A stretch of 63,636 nt of DNA, the filler included, from Choristocarpus tenellus KU-1152 (lineage: Eukaryota; Protista; Phaeophyceae), in assembly GCA_964200185.2 (NCBI GenBank). It is 9 parts of 9 records of this genome, joined end to end, with 100 filler letters (N's around TTAATTAATTAA, not from the genome) between each part and the next. Parts side by side here need not be neighbours in the genome. Positions count along the whole stretch, not along the records: positions 6,656 to 22,292 come from CAXNAD020000956.1; positions 22,393 to 25,394 come from CAXNAD020023010.1; 7 more parts are not named here. The stretch is one strand, 5' to 3'. The notes below the pieces were generated by a model. It made no database searches and was not told where the DNA came from. It worked only from the letters and a program-made list of their open reading frames with translations. The position numbers and the translations under genes were made by a program. Positions within the stretch are counted from its first letter, which is position 1. Every line of letters starts with the position of its first letter. Shown here one piece after another: positions 13,101-25,494 of this stretch.

Positions 13101-16100
13101 TCTTGGGAGCAGAACCAAGACAGGTAACAGGCATTTTAGATCAGATCTTCCGGACTGGATTGAGCACACCATGGAGGTTAGGCCACCGAAGTAGGGCCCG
13201 TTCAAAGTCTTGAAGAGACTGAAGTTCATTTGCAAGAGAGTTAAGATCAAGATACCCCCTCTAACTGAGCAGAAGAATGATTACATTTGCTGCTTTCTTA
13301 TTTTGCCTCTGCTCTTAATAAAGAGTTCAGGGGAAATTCAGTTCTTGTGTACACGGATGAGAGATTTGTTCACCAGTTACACACACGATAAATCTAATTC
13401 TGATTCCAAAGTTCAGGAGAATGGGGCAGTTGACGGTGGTTTGGGCACACAACAGGGAACGGCTTAGGGGATGATAACTGAGGGATGATATCACCAAGAA
13501 TGGGCCACTGGTCACACTCTATGATAAGAGATTTCCAATTGTAGAGGGGTTTGTAGGGCAATACAAGAACAAGAAGGGTGAAAATTTTAACAGACTTGTT
13601 GGGTAGTTGACAGATAAGTTGTTACAACCTGCTAAGACTGTCAGAGGGGATTACCATGCCTCAATGGATAACTATACGTGTGCATGTCTGCGAACACCTT
13701 GCTCCTCTTGCCTACATTCAAGTTCCTTGGGAAGAAGATGATACCGGTGCTTGACAGCCCCTCATACCACCATAGTTATGACAGGGAGGTCAAGAAATCT
13801 GAGTCTAACACATAGACCTTCAATGTCAACCTCTTGTGATAGTATAGTGTGCAATCAATTGCTGTTGAGCAAGTCAGAGTGACTTGCAACTCTGAGATTC
13901 TACCCCAAGATATTTTCCTTCAGTGCTACTTTAAGGTTGTTGCAAATTGTGAGGTTGACACTGCCACCAGGCCATACCCACAATAGCGCCTGGACACAAC
14001 CTCTCTCTCAGGATGGGTTTCCCTGCAAAACCCTACAATATCACTGTTCTTGCCACCTATATCCAATTTTCGACCTGTTCCAAAAATGTCAAATAACGAG
14101 AAATCTCAATCTACTAGAGCTCTGCACGATGCATGAAGAAATCTGATTATCCTTGCTCTTCGCTGGCATAGGCAAATGAACATTACCCTCAGCATTCATC
14201 TTACTTCAAGATATATTTTATCCACTCTGAGCAAGAATTGCAAAAGGTATGGCCTGGTGCCTACCTATAAGTTCATTCCACAATATTCTGTACATCTTCA
14301 ACTACTGTCAAGCACCCACAACAAGGCATATATGCAAAAAGTGCATGTATTGATGTATCTTGAGACATTGTTATGCTTGTAGTACGATATAAATGCGTGT
14401 GTGTATGTGCTTCATAAAAGAATTCAGTCAAATATTTGGCAATGCCTTGGATATACCCAAGATACCGGAACCATATTTGAAGAAATTTCTTTTTAATTTA
14501 TTCAACATGCGCAAGAAGTCCAAAGATGAATTCAAAAACAACTGTGTGTGATCTGAATCACATGATATCAAACAGTTGAAGGCATTGGTGGTCAAGCGTT
14601 CCAAATGTCCAGGCAACAACAGCTGAACACAACTGCTTCTAAGTATTAAGTACAAAAATGGCTTCAATGCACTGGAAAAAAAAAATGGAGCTTTTCGTAA
14701 AAAAAAGTAACAATTGACAATAAGACAATCGCATCAAAAAACCAAACATAGACAGAGACACATCTTTCCCTACATCCTGAGGAATGTCTCATAACCCCTC
14801 AACCTCTCACCTCTACTGGAAGTGGCTCCTTCAAATCTGGGTATCTGCAGGGTCAAACACACACACACAAACACACACAAACACAAGCATTCAATATATC
14901 CATGGAACAGGCATGTGTCACCATCACATCAGCCAGGATTTTTCTAAAAAGGGAATGGAATGATAGAGCAGGTAGAGGGGGGGAAGGGTTAAGAGGGGTT
15001 CAGAGGATTGGGAAAACCAGGAGCAAGAAATGCTACCACTTTGTTAGGATAGTTATGAAATTGGAGATATTCGGGAGAGAAGAAGTTTAGAAGAGGGGGA
15101 TGTGCAATGTCCTTCAGAATCTTCACTACACCCGATGGACATTGTGATCTTGGAAGCCGCCCAAAGATCAAGAAAGACATCCATACAGACCTCTGATGAA
15201 GAGGTTTTGGTTTATGGATCATCAGTGCAAAATTTCTGCCAACTAGTGGAGTGCAACTAAATACACCGGTTGCCCGCATCACAAGTCTACGGCACTCCTA
15301 CAGCTAAGAGAACAATATGCATGCCTTGCAAACATCAGCACCCAATGTCCTTCACCCCCACTGAAACAAGAAAACAATGAGAATTTTCTGTTCCTTCCCC
15401 TTCCCCTTCTAGGCAAGAACTATTTGATTTAGAACCGCAGATTTCAGACATCGAGGGAAGACCTACTATGTTCAGACCGACCAAGTAAATGTCATAGTGT
15501 TCCAGATGTAGATAGCTGGCGGGGATGGTAACAGGCACAAGACAGGCATTCATCGTGACTTGTTCGGGACAGCTGGTATAGCGGTTGCAAGGAGTATTCA
15601 TCACACAGAACATATTGGCTTTGACAAAAGAAGAACAGTTTGACTCATGTTGCAAACCTCATCAGGAATCGTCACAGTCAAGCTAATTTACTACGAGCAC
15701 ACCACAAATATGTGCAAAATATTGTAACCCTAGTGTATACACGAAAAGCAAATCCCTCTTATGTTCCTGTTACAGATCTAGGCCATCTTTTGCCTTGTGT
15801 TTCTTCATTGGTGCAAACGAGTTATGATTTGGTTCATACAATTGCCTATGATCCCCCCTTTAAAAAAAAGGTTTTCTGATGGAATATTGTATCGAAGAAG
15901 GTCCAGGCAAGACTGGAGGCCAGAACAAGAGATTCATTTTCATGGAAGGCGGTATGATGAAATATCAATGATGATAATTGTATGTGTGTGGGGCTAGAAC
16001 GGAAGAGGTAGAGGTGGTGGTGAGACAAATGGAGAGACAAGTAACAGAAGGAGCATCACAACGTTCTTTTCATCACCAAGATTCGATTATATCGACCTCT

Positions 16101-18714
16101 TCGCTGACCCAAGCAATAAATCCTCACCCCCTCTCACACCACAACGAATAGAGAATGCTATGCTGATCCCGGCTTCAGGCTTTGTTGCTTGTGGCACCTC
16201 TCCTGCTTCTCAGGGGAGAGAACATCTCCACGACAATGACAAACCCCCAAATCCTACATCCTGTGTCCAAAAAACAAACATTTACCCTCAACAGAGCCGG
16301 AACAGCAGACAAGCTATTTGTGCCTTCACACAAAAAAAGGACTATAAAAATTTACAAACACCAAATGCATTGGTAGCGAAAAAGCTCCACAATCATCAAC
16401 AGACATGCCTGACAAATCAATACCAACATTGCGAAATCCACAAATGCTAACCAACACCACCATCACTGACAGGCTCCCCACATCACGACCATATACTAAC
16501 CTCATCCCACAACACCCATCTCACCAATACCAAACCCCTTACCACTGCACCAATACCACTCACCTCTCAGTCCTCTCATCCAACTTCTCACACACAACCT
16601 CTCTTCCACAACTACCCACAAGAGACACACCAGCAGCAGCGGCTAGTGGATGAGACCTCCAGAAGTCCACCACCCTGGAGGCCAAATCGGCACCTAGGAC
16701 TCTTTCATGAATGATCCCACCATGGTCGCCTTCCCCTGGCCCGTACACCTGCAGCCATTATCATTCAGAGCAAATTTTGGGCATCAGGGATTTGGGGGCA
16801 GGGGGTGGGTGTGGGATAGTGGTTGGGAGATGCATACTCGAGTGTGGGGGGGTTGAGAGGATGAGGGGTACCTGTAGTCATGAATTACTTACCAGCTCAG
16901 TGGCCAATGACTTCAGATATACTAAAAGGAGCTGCAAGTGAAGGACTGGGTTCCTTCCTGAGGCTGATTGATGACTTACACGGTGTGTATTCTGAGCCCT
17001 TATGCAACAATATGAGGTGAGATAAGATGAGACAGAAATACTTACACACATTCAACTATGGTAATGATAGGAGGAGGTGGGGAACACCTAAGGAAAATGT
17101 GGTGGAATACTGGGTTTCACAGCTCGAGGGGTCCATAACATAGCAAAAAAGCGAACTTGATGCAGGAGTTCAGGTGTAAGTGAAGAGGGCTTACAACATT
17201 GTGGTGATCAGCGACCTCATGCACTGTCAGGCACCATTGCCCATTGAGAGTGTGTGAAAAAAAAAGGGTTAACACAAGGTATCGGCATGGCGATAAATTC
17301 TGGTAGTAATGACAGAGTTACTGTGTCCTCCTGGAATATAAGAAAGCAGTATGAGTCCCGAAGGAAAATTGAATTTGTTGCAATCAAGTACCATTAAAAG
17401 AAAGCACACTTCAATTATAGTGACTCCAAATTTACCCACACTATTGGTTGTACCTAAGGAACAGCATGGAAGAGTCCTTGTTGGTGGGGTAGGAGGATTT
17501 GAGCCTCTGAAACTTTGGGATGGGATGAGGTCCCGTACCTAATTTTTGGTTATCCGAATATTCTTTTAGAAGTTAATACAACGCAATCAACCAGGGAAAA
17601 ATATCTCAGTGGTGGGGCACGACGAGTTGTTACCATTCTCTGACCCTGTGCAGCACACGATAGAGTTGTATTCTCTCTAGGGCGCACTTACCAAGGGGGA
17701 GAGCTCTCACCGCCAGCCCATTCATGCACACGACAGGAGTACCGTTCTGGCGCAGCTCTACTCCGAGCTCTCCTAGGACATTGAAGATTCCATTCCAGTT
17801 ACGGCCACTTGCAGGGATGAACATAACCCCTTGGGTTCTTTGCACAAGCGAAAACAAACGGTCAGAAGAGTGCAACATGTTGAACACGAAATGGATATTG
17901 GATACGTAAGCAGCAAGCGGATGCGGAGGTGGGCATGATGTTGTTTACTTCTTCTGGTAAAGGGAGACGCCACTAGCCTCAATAATGGTTAAGAGTAGGG
18001 GTTTTTCATGTTTGATCCTGAGGAGAGTTGGGCGCGATACCGGAAGAGCTATTTCGTTGCTTTTATCGTCCCACATGCTTACGGCTCACCTAGCTTTCTG
18101 GATGACCTCAAGAGTCCTTTTCGACACCTCTTTACCACTGTTTAGTAGCGTGCCATCTAGGTCCGATATCACCGCACGTATTCGTCTACCAGAGAGGAAT
18201 TCATGCTTATAGCGTTCCCCTGTCCTAGCGCAGGATATGAAAGACTCTCCTGCGAGTATGCTCATACTTCGACTTCCACAGTAGGCTTGGCGTAACCCCC
18301 CGAGGGCATGATGCTTGCCCCAACCAATGCTACCACCAACTCGTACACATCGAGACAACTCAACCCAAGGAGCTGCGCCTAACGAGGAGAGTTGGGTCTA
18401 AGGACGGTTAAGGTCTAAGTCGACTGGATCAAAATAGAGGCGAGGTCGCGCCGAGGATGTAGAGGGTGCAAAACAAATCTAGCAGACAAAATTTCATGAG
18501 TAAAACTGGACCATGATCTAATGTGTGTGTAGATCAATGAACGGGAGTCACACAGAAGAAAATCCTTACCAACGGAAATAGTAAAAGCCCTGACCATTGA
18601 TACAAATGATGACCCAGGCAATAGAAAGGATCTAAAGATGGAGTGTCGACGATAGACCTTACCCGACCCAAACCGTTGTGAGATATTGTTGTGAGAAGAA
18701 ATGATACTACGCAT
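7189..18714 (-). CDS. Cof-type HAD superfamily (IIB) hydrolase, multi-exon
   Basis: GT-AG exons 18714-18570, 18378-18090 (motif I ISDLDGTLL), 17837-17711 (motif II ASGR), 16748-~16620, one unresolved exon, 14844-14811, 12220-12150, 9766-9601 (LEVLPPGSSKG, motif III), 7359-7189 (GDEENDLDML, motif IV; TNDMDGVA). All resolved junctions are phase-consistent. Confidence 0.92.
7564..8035. repeat. Degenerate ~74-bp periodic satellite in HAD intron
   Basis: Motif GGTWCCAATATGTTYTSACAA recurs near 7865, 7938 and 8012, with weaker copies near 7564 and 7638. Confidence 0.5.
8529..8712. repeat. 92-bp tandem duplication
   Basis: AGAGCCTTGT...CAATACACCACAGTTGAYAACAATGATCCTG...TTAACCTTGA starts at 8529 and at 8621. 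Confidence 0.85.
8722..9172. mobile_element. Putative non-autonomous TIR element (hAT-like CAGGG ends)
   Basis: CAGGGATGTTT at 8722 and AAACATCCCCTG ending at 9172, with an AT-rich interior. No clean TSD. Confidence 0.4.
12940..13990 (+). mobile_element. IS630-Tc1-like DDE transposase pseudogene inside a HAD intron
   Basis: Frameshifted fragments LVYTDERFVHQLH (~13345), DITKNGPLV (~13490), GDYHASMDNY (~13647) and GKKMIPVLDSPSYHH (~13730) match the VYTDES, GDYH and VLDNAPYH motifs. Confidence 0.75.
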
Positions 18715-19222
18715 ATCAATGTCGTCACAAAAAAAATCTGACAGTTGTGAAGGAGATGAAATTGCCCTAGGCCGCGCTATTTGATTGCCCTGGAGCCATG
18801 TTGCCTATGCTATCACCAATACAGTTTACATTTTCACCATTTTTAAATTTTTCGCATCAAAATTTGTATCAGTAGTTACACTCGACTTGGTCTTCAATAT
18901 ACTGCACCCCTTCTCAACTGAGATCACACAACTCACTCCATACCACACCACAGCCACAATACTACCCTTGTTACCACACCAACTACACGGAAAATAACTG
19001 TGTATCCGATTCCCAACCAATAATGTGCCTGATTTCAGCGTATGGTATCCACTCACAAACCAGTGCGCCCAATTTCCGACACTGGTATGTGCTAACAAAT
19101 CCATATAACCAATTTCCACCTCACACTCCCACAGCAATCCTCCCAAAATTATCCACCTCCATCGATCACACTCCACATTCTTCCAATAAAACCCCACAAT
19201 CACTCAAAACACTCAACATTAA

Positions 19223-19487
19223 GATCCGAAATATCCTAGAGGGGGGGTCAGGCGTCCATTCGGGTCGGTCTGAACCTGTAGTGATTCTCATTTCATCTGA
19301 GTGAACGTGTTAGATGTGAGGGTAGGTAATTTCCATCTAAACGCAACTTCCTTTCCATCCTCCTGTCAGAACCAAATTCGGAGGGAAATCACTCGCAACG
19401 TGTGCAACAAACTGGGGTATCTTACAACAACCCCATCAAGCCGTGAAAGGACAACCTAGACTAAACACTTCATCCCTCTAAGATACT
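19223..19487. mobile_element. MITE family B copy
   Basis: GATCCGAAATATCCTAGAGGGGGG...CCCTCTAAGATACT; colinear with 6804-7070. Confidence 0.75.
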
Positions 19488-20510
19488 GTATGGTACTCAT
19501 CCACTCCCATACCGCACCTTTGAACTGGATACATCTACCACGCCTGAAGTTGACCCCCCTCCCCCCCCCCACATCTAACTCAATCGTGATCAATCAACAG
19601 GGTGAACTGGTGGGAAAGATTGCTCAGAAGTTGCCTTGATCCTGCCCCGTTTGACCTTCTTCTTCAAAGTCTGACCTTGGCCTTTCTTTCTGTCTACCCA
19701 TCCTTAGCCCCTCTCCCTGGTTGCAAATCATGTCATATTAACTTCCCCATTTACCAAGCCTGCTTTTTAAGCCATCCAATCGTCAAACATTCGTCTACCC
19801 TCCCTATCTTTCTTTTTCTCTTGTTAACAACGTTAGCTAGTGTCCTTGTCTACCACGGTGAACTCTCACCGTCACAAAACTCATATTACTTCATAAATTA
19901 TCCCTTTCCTGATCGTCATCTCGCCATCTCGCATCATTCGTTGAGCAAGAGCTTTTAAAGTAGGGGCCGTGTTCTAACCCACTCATCGCCAGGTATCTTT
20001 CCAGGGATATCTAGTAGTTTCAATATCCAGAGTCCACGTGGCAAAAGTTACTGTTGTACACCAAACCTCTCTTTAAACTCTCTGGATTGTTCCTTTCAGC
20101 AAAAAAAAATGAGAAAATTGTAAAAGAGTCAAGTACTGCACAAAAGATTCGAAGGAGGAGGCAGAGTGATGAGCGAGCGATGGGAAGGCTGGACACAACA
20201 TGCGAGAAGCAAGGCATGGATGAGGTATTTATTGGCATTCAGTCTTATCAGTAGTGCAAAGGCAGTGTAGTCCATGTCCAATAACCTAGTGTTATCCTTA
20301 CGTTTTATGTGCTGATACAAGTATATAACATAGTTTTCATCATCTACGTTTATCTTTGGTTTGATACAAAGTAGTAACGTGCGAAACGGTATGATGAGTC
20401 ACTGTTTATTCATACGTCAGTGAAACTATACACCTGGCGGGCAATTAATAATTCAGTGTATGTTCATCATCTAACTCAACCAGCGGCTTTGGGCGACGTG
20501 CCTTACATGC

Positions 20511-20777
20511 GAGTGAAAGTATCTTAAGAGGGTAGGGTATTAATTTAGTGTTTGTCCATTATTTGGGACTTGACTTCTTCCCACGGTATTTTTAGGACAT
20601 TTTCCTATTCCGAAATGTTTCGGAGTAGGTAAAATGTATATGTAATGAAAAGGTGCGTCCAGAACAAGGGTATTGACACTTCCTGACAAACACGATAGCC
20701 AAAACTACATCAAAATCGCAACATTGGGTTTTGGCCCCCAAACGGACGTGGATCTACCCTCTAAGAGAATTTGACTC
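20511..20777. mobile_element. MITE family C, complete, 4-bp TSD ATGC, GAG...CTC termini
   Basis: GAGTGAAAGTATCTTAAGAGGGTAG...CTACCCTCTAAGAGAATTTGACTC, flanked by ATGC (20507-20510, 20778-20781). Second copy starts at 41601. Confidence 0.85.
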
Positions 20778-22392
20778 ATGCGCTAAGCTTTACAACAGTC
20801 CACAGTGAAGAAAATATAGTGGACTTTGTACAGTAACCCTATCAAAAGGCATACGAGTCTGTTGACTGTGAACTCATGTGGAGACTATACTTGCTATCTT
20901 CAGTGCATCTGAGAAGATTACCGCAGTCATCCGCCAGTTCATGTTGGCAAATGCAGGCATGGATTCACACAACAAGAGGTGTATGAACTGATTTGAGGTA
21001 AGGCAAGGAGTTCGATAAAGGGGATATTCTTGCCCCCAATATCTTCAACATTGTCTCCCTGCAGCTCTAAGGATAGCAATAAAAAGTTCAACGCTGACTC
21101 GATCATCTCTAAGGGCCTTGCTGCCAACAAGAGATCTGAGAAAACAGCTTGAACAGAGGAGGTGGGCTGACATAATGGGTTAACACTTGCACCGTACCTG
21201 TAGGGAATGGTATATATAATATGCTGACAATGCGGGCATTTTGTGCGTCCAAGACCCTAGGAAGACTGTCCAGGACGACGGCAGTGATTGTAAAGGCGAT
21301 TGTTACATTCTGACTGAAACTGAGATTAAGACAGAAATAATTGTGTGCATTCAGTACCTCAACAAAGGCACTACGCAGTGCGTAGATCGAGGCTTCTGGA
21401 CAGATCTACAACCAGACCATACAGATTTGTTTACCTTGGGGGCACCATGAAGATAACCCGGATGATGCCCCCAAGAACACCCAGCAACAGGTCGAAAAGG
21501 CCTAGGGCTGCTTCGCTAGTACAGTGTATTGCTTGACCTTATCATCCTAATGCTTGAGGTTGATGTCCTTCAATTTCTCACGTATTCTTGTGTGACATAG
21601 ACATTTCGCCAGGTCCACTATGTCAAGCTCCGTTCCTACCATCCTAAACTCCTTCTGAGATTTGCATTAGATTTACAAGCAGGAACACACAGACCACACT
21701 CTCCAACAAAAATGCCCTGGTGTAGACCGGGTGTGCCAGCATCAAAGCAACTATGAGAAAACAGGTAATCTTATCCGCATGATCAGTTACACACATGTGG
21801 AGGATGACCAATTACTACAGGAAAGTTGTGATGGAAAGCAAAAGCAAGGTGGACAGGAGAAGCACTGGTGGATTTGTATGTACCCCGAGAAGTTTGAATT
21901 CAATCTATGCCTTGTGTTATTGGTTATCCTCTGGACACATTTTGGTCTCAGGGTTAAGACCCCTGGGACCGATGAGAATAGTTTTTTTTGTAGTACAATA
22001 TGCAGGGCCTCTGAGCACGGGATGAGCTAGTCTCCAGACAATATAAAGACAAACATCAACAACCTTTATAGCAGTAATCTTGGAAGCAGCCCCTTCCGCC
22101 TTCATTGGCTGGGTTAGCAGGTTCCACTACTTGACCCTGTATTGGAAGGTTACCAATTTATAATCAGTACTAGAAAATGCATACTTGTATTAGAGGACCT
22201 CTCAAGAGTAAACCAAGACGAGAAACATCATCTTGTTGTTATTAATATGCACTGAAATAAGGTCAAAGACCCAACCAAAGTATCTGGAGAGGNNNNNNNN
22301 NNNNNNNNNNNNNNNNNNNNNNNNNNNNNNNNNNNNTTAATTAATTAANNNNNNNNNNNNNNNNNNNNNNNNNNNNNNNNNNNNNNNNNNNN

Positions 22393-22485
22393 GAGGAAGC
22401 GCTCAACAAACTCCCCCAAAAAACGCGCCATCGAAAAATAGGCCCCAAACGACCAGCCCCCCCCCCCCCCCAGATACTTTGATTC
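22393..22485. mobile_element. MITE right end (C-run + CAGATACTTTGATTC), truncated by gap
   Basis: Same terminal motif as family A. A left-end-like CCAAAGTATCTGG sits just before the gap at ~22275. Confidence 0.65.
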
Positions 22486-22546
22486 GCTCTTCTCTGATCC
22501 TTGCAATATTACCTGCACGTTTTTACTGCCGAATATCTCTTCCCAG

Positions 22547-23915
22547 GGCAAGTGGACTTGGCATATCATAAACAAGAACCGCAATGTGCACGATAACCGG
22601 CTTTGTAATCTAGCCTACAGCGAAACTGGGCGTTACTACTCCAGGGACTTGGAATATCGAACACGACCCACCCCACCTGATCTCTCAGGTGTTGTCGATA
22701 GCTTCCATTGGAGGGTGCACCCCGATTTTCCAGAGATTGAGGTTCGTGGTTTGCTGTCACCTTTATAGCAAAAACAAGACTAGAGAATGCTGCGAAATGC
22801 TGCACTATCTGTGGTCTTCGTATGCTATCTGACCGTGGAGGTTACTCCAAGAGTGGTCACTCGTTTCTTTCCTGCTGCATTGAACCATTTCAGCATGCCC
22901 TATTTTCTGTGTTGAAACTCAAATTCAGCTCATGTACATAAAATGCGATCCATCCAACCCTCGGAAGGCACTCATGTGCATTTTTTTTGGTCTTCAGGTC
23001 GCTATGGAGGGAGCCATACGCTACTCGGATGCATCGCGCAATACCGTGAAGTACATCAGGCCTTGGATCGATCATTATGGTTCTGTCCAGTCTAGGTGGT
23101 TGGTTTCACCAAAGGAGAAAAAGAGACGAACAGTTGTGCTCCACAACATAGTGTACAGAACCTGGGGGAGGTGGATCCCTGAATACCAATCGAGCTACTG
23201 GAGGGTGGTACACATCAATGGTGACAAACAAAACAATCGCATGACCAACTTGGAGATGCGGAGCGTTGAGGTATGCAGATCATGAGAAATTTCTTGGATA
23301 AATTTCTTGGATGTTCACTCCTCCTCTTCCTTATCACGGTTGTTTTACCCTACAAGTTCGTACATAGTTAGGGTGAACCTTAGGAAGGCGTGCCATACCC
23401 TCAGAAATAATATCTGATGAATGATACTGGCTACGCTGGTGGGGGGTCCGTTTGAAACCTCTGCATTTTTTTTTTTCCCTTGTTTGTGTGCACCAAACTC
23501 TTGGGACATTGTGCACAGGCGAATACCCACCTCAGGGCGTATAGTTGATCTAGCTGAACCTCAATGCTCTGCCCGACCATAATAGAAGTATTGTAGACAT
23601 GACATCAAGTGATGGTTTTTGCCTTTCTACTTCACACAGGAGATTTACAGGATGCAGGAGCCGGATCAGAAGCTCCACGCTGTTAAGGCATCTGGCATCG
23701 CAGGGGTGGTGTGGGATGAAGCCAAGGAAAAGTGGAAGGTCAAAGGGAGAGCAGATAGGAAAGACATTCATCTAGGCTATTTTGATAAGGTCTCTGAAGC
23801 CGAGAGAGTGTTGGATGAGTTCAAATCCATTCGAAAGTTCTATCTCGTCAAGGCACTTGAGCAGACCAAGCGTGAACCTGGACCCGAGGATTCTGAAAAT
23901 GTTTCGATCGATTAG
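22547..23915 (+). CDS. Intron-containing HNH-NUMOD4-HNH-AP2 protein (3' part; 5' exons missing beyond gap)
   Basis: Exons 22547-22741, 22998-23270 and 23640-23915 all join in phase 0 (CAG acceptors; GTTCGT and GTATGC donors). The translation contains IINKNRNVHDNRLCNL (HNH-like), WRVHPDFPEIE|VAMEGAIR (NUMOD4-like, split by an intron), LHNIV...VVHINGDKQNNRMTNLE (HNH_3-like) and SGIAGVVWDEAKEKWKVKGRADRKDIHLGYFDKVSEAE (AP2-like). No internal stops. Confidence 0.8.
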
Positions 23916-25222
23916 AAATAGAAGGAGATTTAGTACCTTTTTGAATTTTTGGTATGGTTTTTACATGTGATATTTTTTGGAAAGAGTGGTCTGAGAAAGT
24001 GGTTGAGTTTTGAGGCCAGAAAAGCATTACAGCATCGTTTGTGTGTTGGAGGCAGCCGTCCTGTGTTAATCTGGAACTGTGCAACCTTCATGGATTGATT
24101 CCAGTGTATTCAGAAGCTTGACTATTCTGGAATTTACCTTATTGCTAGTCATACCAGCTAGCTCACACTTCCTAGCAGCCAATCAGCTGTCGCTCTTTCT
24201 TCAGTTTCAATTTCGAGATTGGACTTGTGAAATTCTAGAGCCCATATCAGGGCCAGTACTATGGTGCAATGATTGTGTCGATTTTTGTGTTTCTTTGCCT
24301 TTTTCATGTCAATCTTCTGTTGTATTATCTTACTTGCNNNNNNNNNNGGGCAGTATTTTGGGGGAAAGTTTTGTGTGTTTTTTTTTTTTTTTTTCTTTTT
24401 TTTTTTTAATTTTTTTTTTTTTTCCCCCCCCCCCCCCCCCCCCCCCAACCTGTGATTTATATTTCGTATATATGTGTCTGCCAATTTGGATCGAGTTCCC
24501 CTTCTCCTGATGCTCTTTTGTCAAATAGTCTCGGTGTCCACTGCAAGGGTCTCATCCTTCATCAAGACAATTTTTCTGTTTATAGATAGGTGTGTGTGAT
24601 GCTAATGAAGTGGAACATGGAGTGCGTTACTTGTAGTCAAGGGTTAAAGGGTTTTGATGCCAATATTCATAAGGAGAATAGTACTTTTCAAGTGTGTTTG
24701 AGCCTTGATCAGGAGACTTCATTCTGTAATGTAATGCAGGCAGCATCAAGTTTGAGTGACAAATGGTATGTTGTTCTCTTACAGAAATAATGACCAGTGT
24801 ATCAACCCACTTGCTGGGGGGTCAACTGACTTTCTTGCTTTCATGCCCTATGTGGTAACAATGGTCACTCTCCTAACTATGTGATAATCTACTTGAATAC
24901 TACAATTAATATTGCTAGTGTAATATTTGTCAAGAAACTGGTGCATTTTTGCTTTCAGGTTCCGATCTATTCCAACTTCTACCTTTTAGTCACATGACAA
25001 AGGAAACTCTCATTGAACTAACTCCCTGCTCAAGGTGAGGAGTGAGCACTCTATCCCTGAAGGGAGATACCTAATGTCATGTGTGTCTCTTGTAAAAGAC
25101 TGCTGTTCTGACTGACTTGAATGAAGTGATACACTTGGGCAAAGGGCAGACTCACTGCCTACCACCCTGAAAGAGTAGATAGAGGGATGGATATGTAGGT
25201 GCATCCCATTGGAGGCCTCATT

Positions 25223-25394
25223 GGCTCAAAGTATCTGAGGGGGGGCGGCAGCTGTCCATTTGGGGTCAATTTTTTCATGTCGCGATTCTTGGTTGATTTG
25301 GTAAGCTTACGTCAGATGGACAATTTAAACACACTTTTCTTGACTTTGTCCCAAATGGACACCCTGGTGTGGACTCCCCCTCCCCCCCCCCCCC
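25223..25394. mobile_element. MITE family D, right end lost in gap
   Basis: Starts GGCTCAAAGTATCTGAGGGGGGG. Interior is the reverse complement of 40422-40602. Confidence 0.8.
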
Positions 25395-25494
25395 NNNNNN
25401 NNNNNNNNNNNNNNNNNNNNNNNNNNNNNNNNNNNNNNTTAATTAATTAANNNNNNNNNNNNNNNNNNNNNNNNNNNNNNNNNNNNNNNNNNNN

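Noticed and set aside
24338-24447. Poly-T/poly-C ORFs (poly-F, poly-K, poly-G/P)
   Set aside because: Low-complexity sequence next to a 10-N gap; probably poor-quality assembly.
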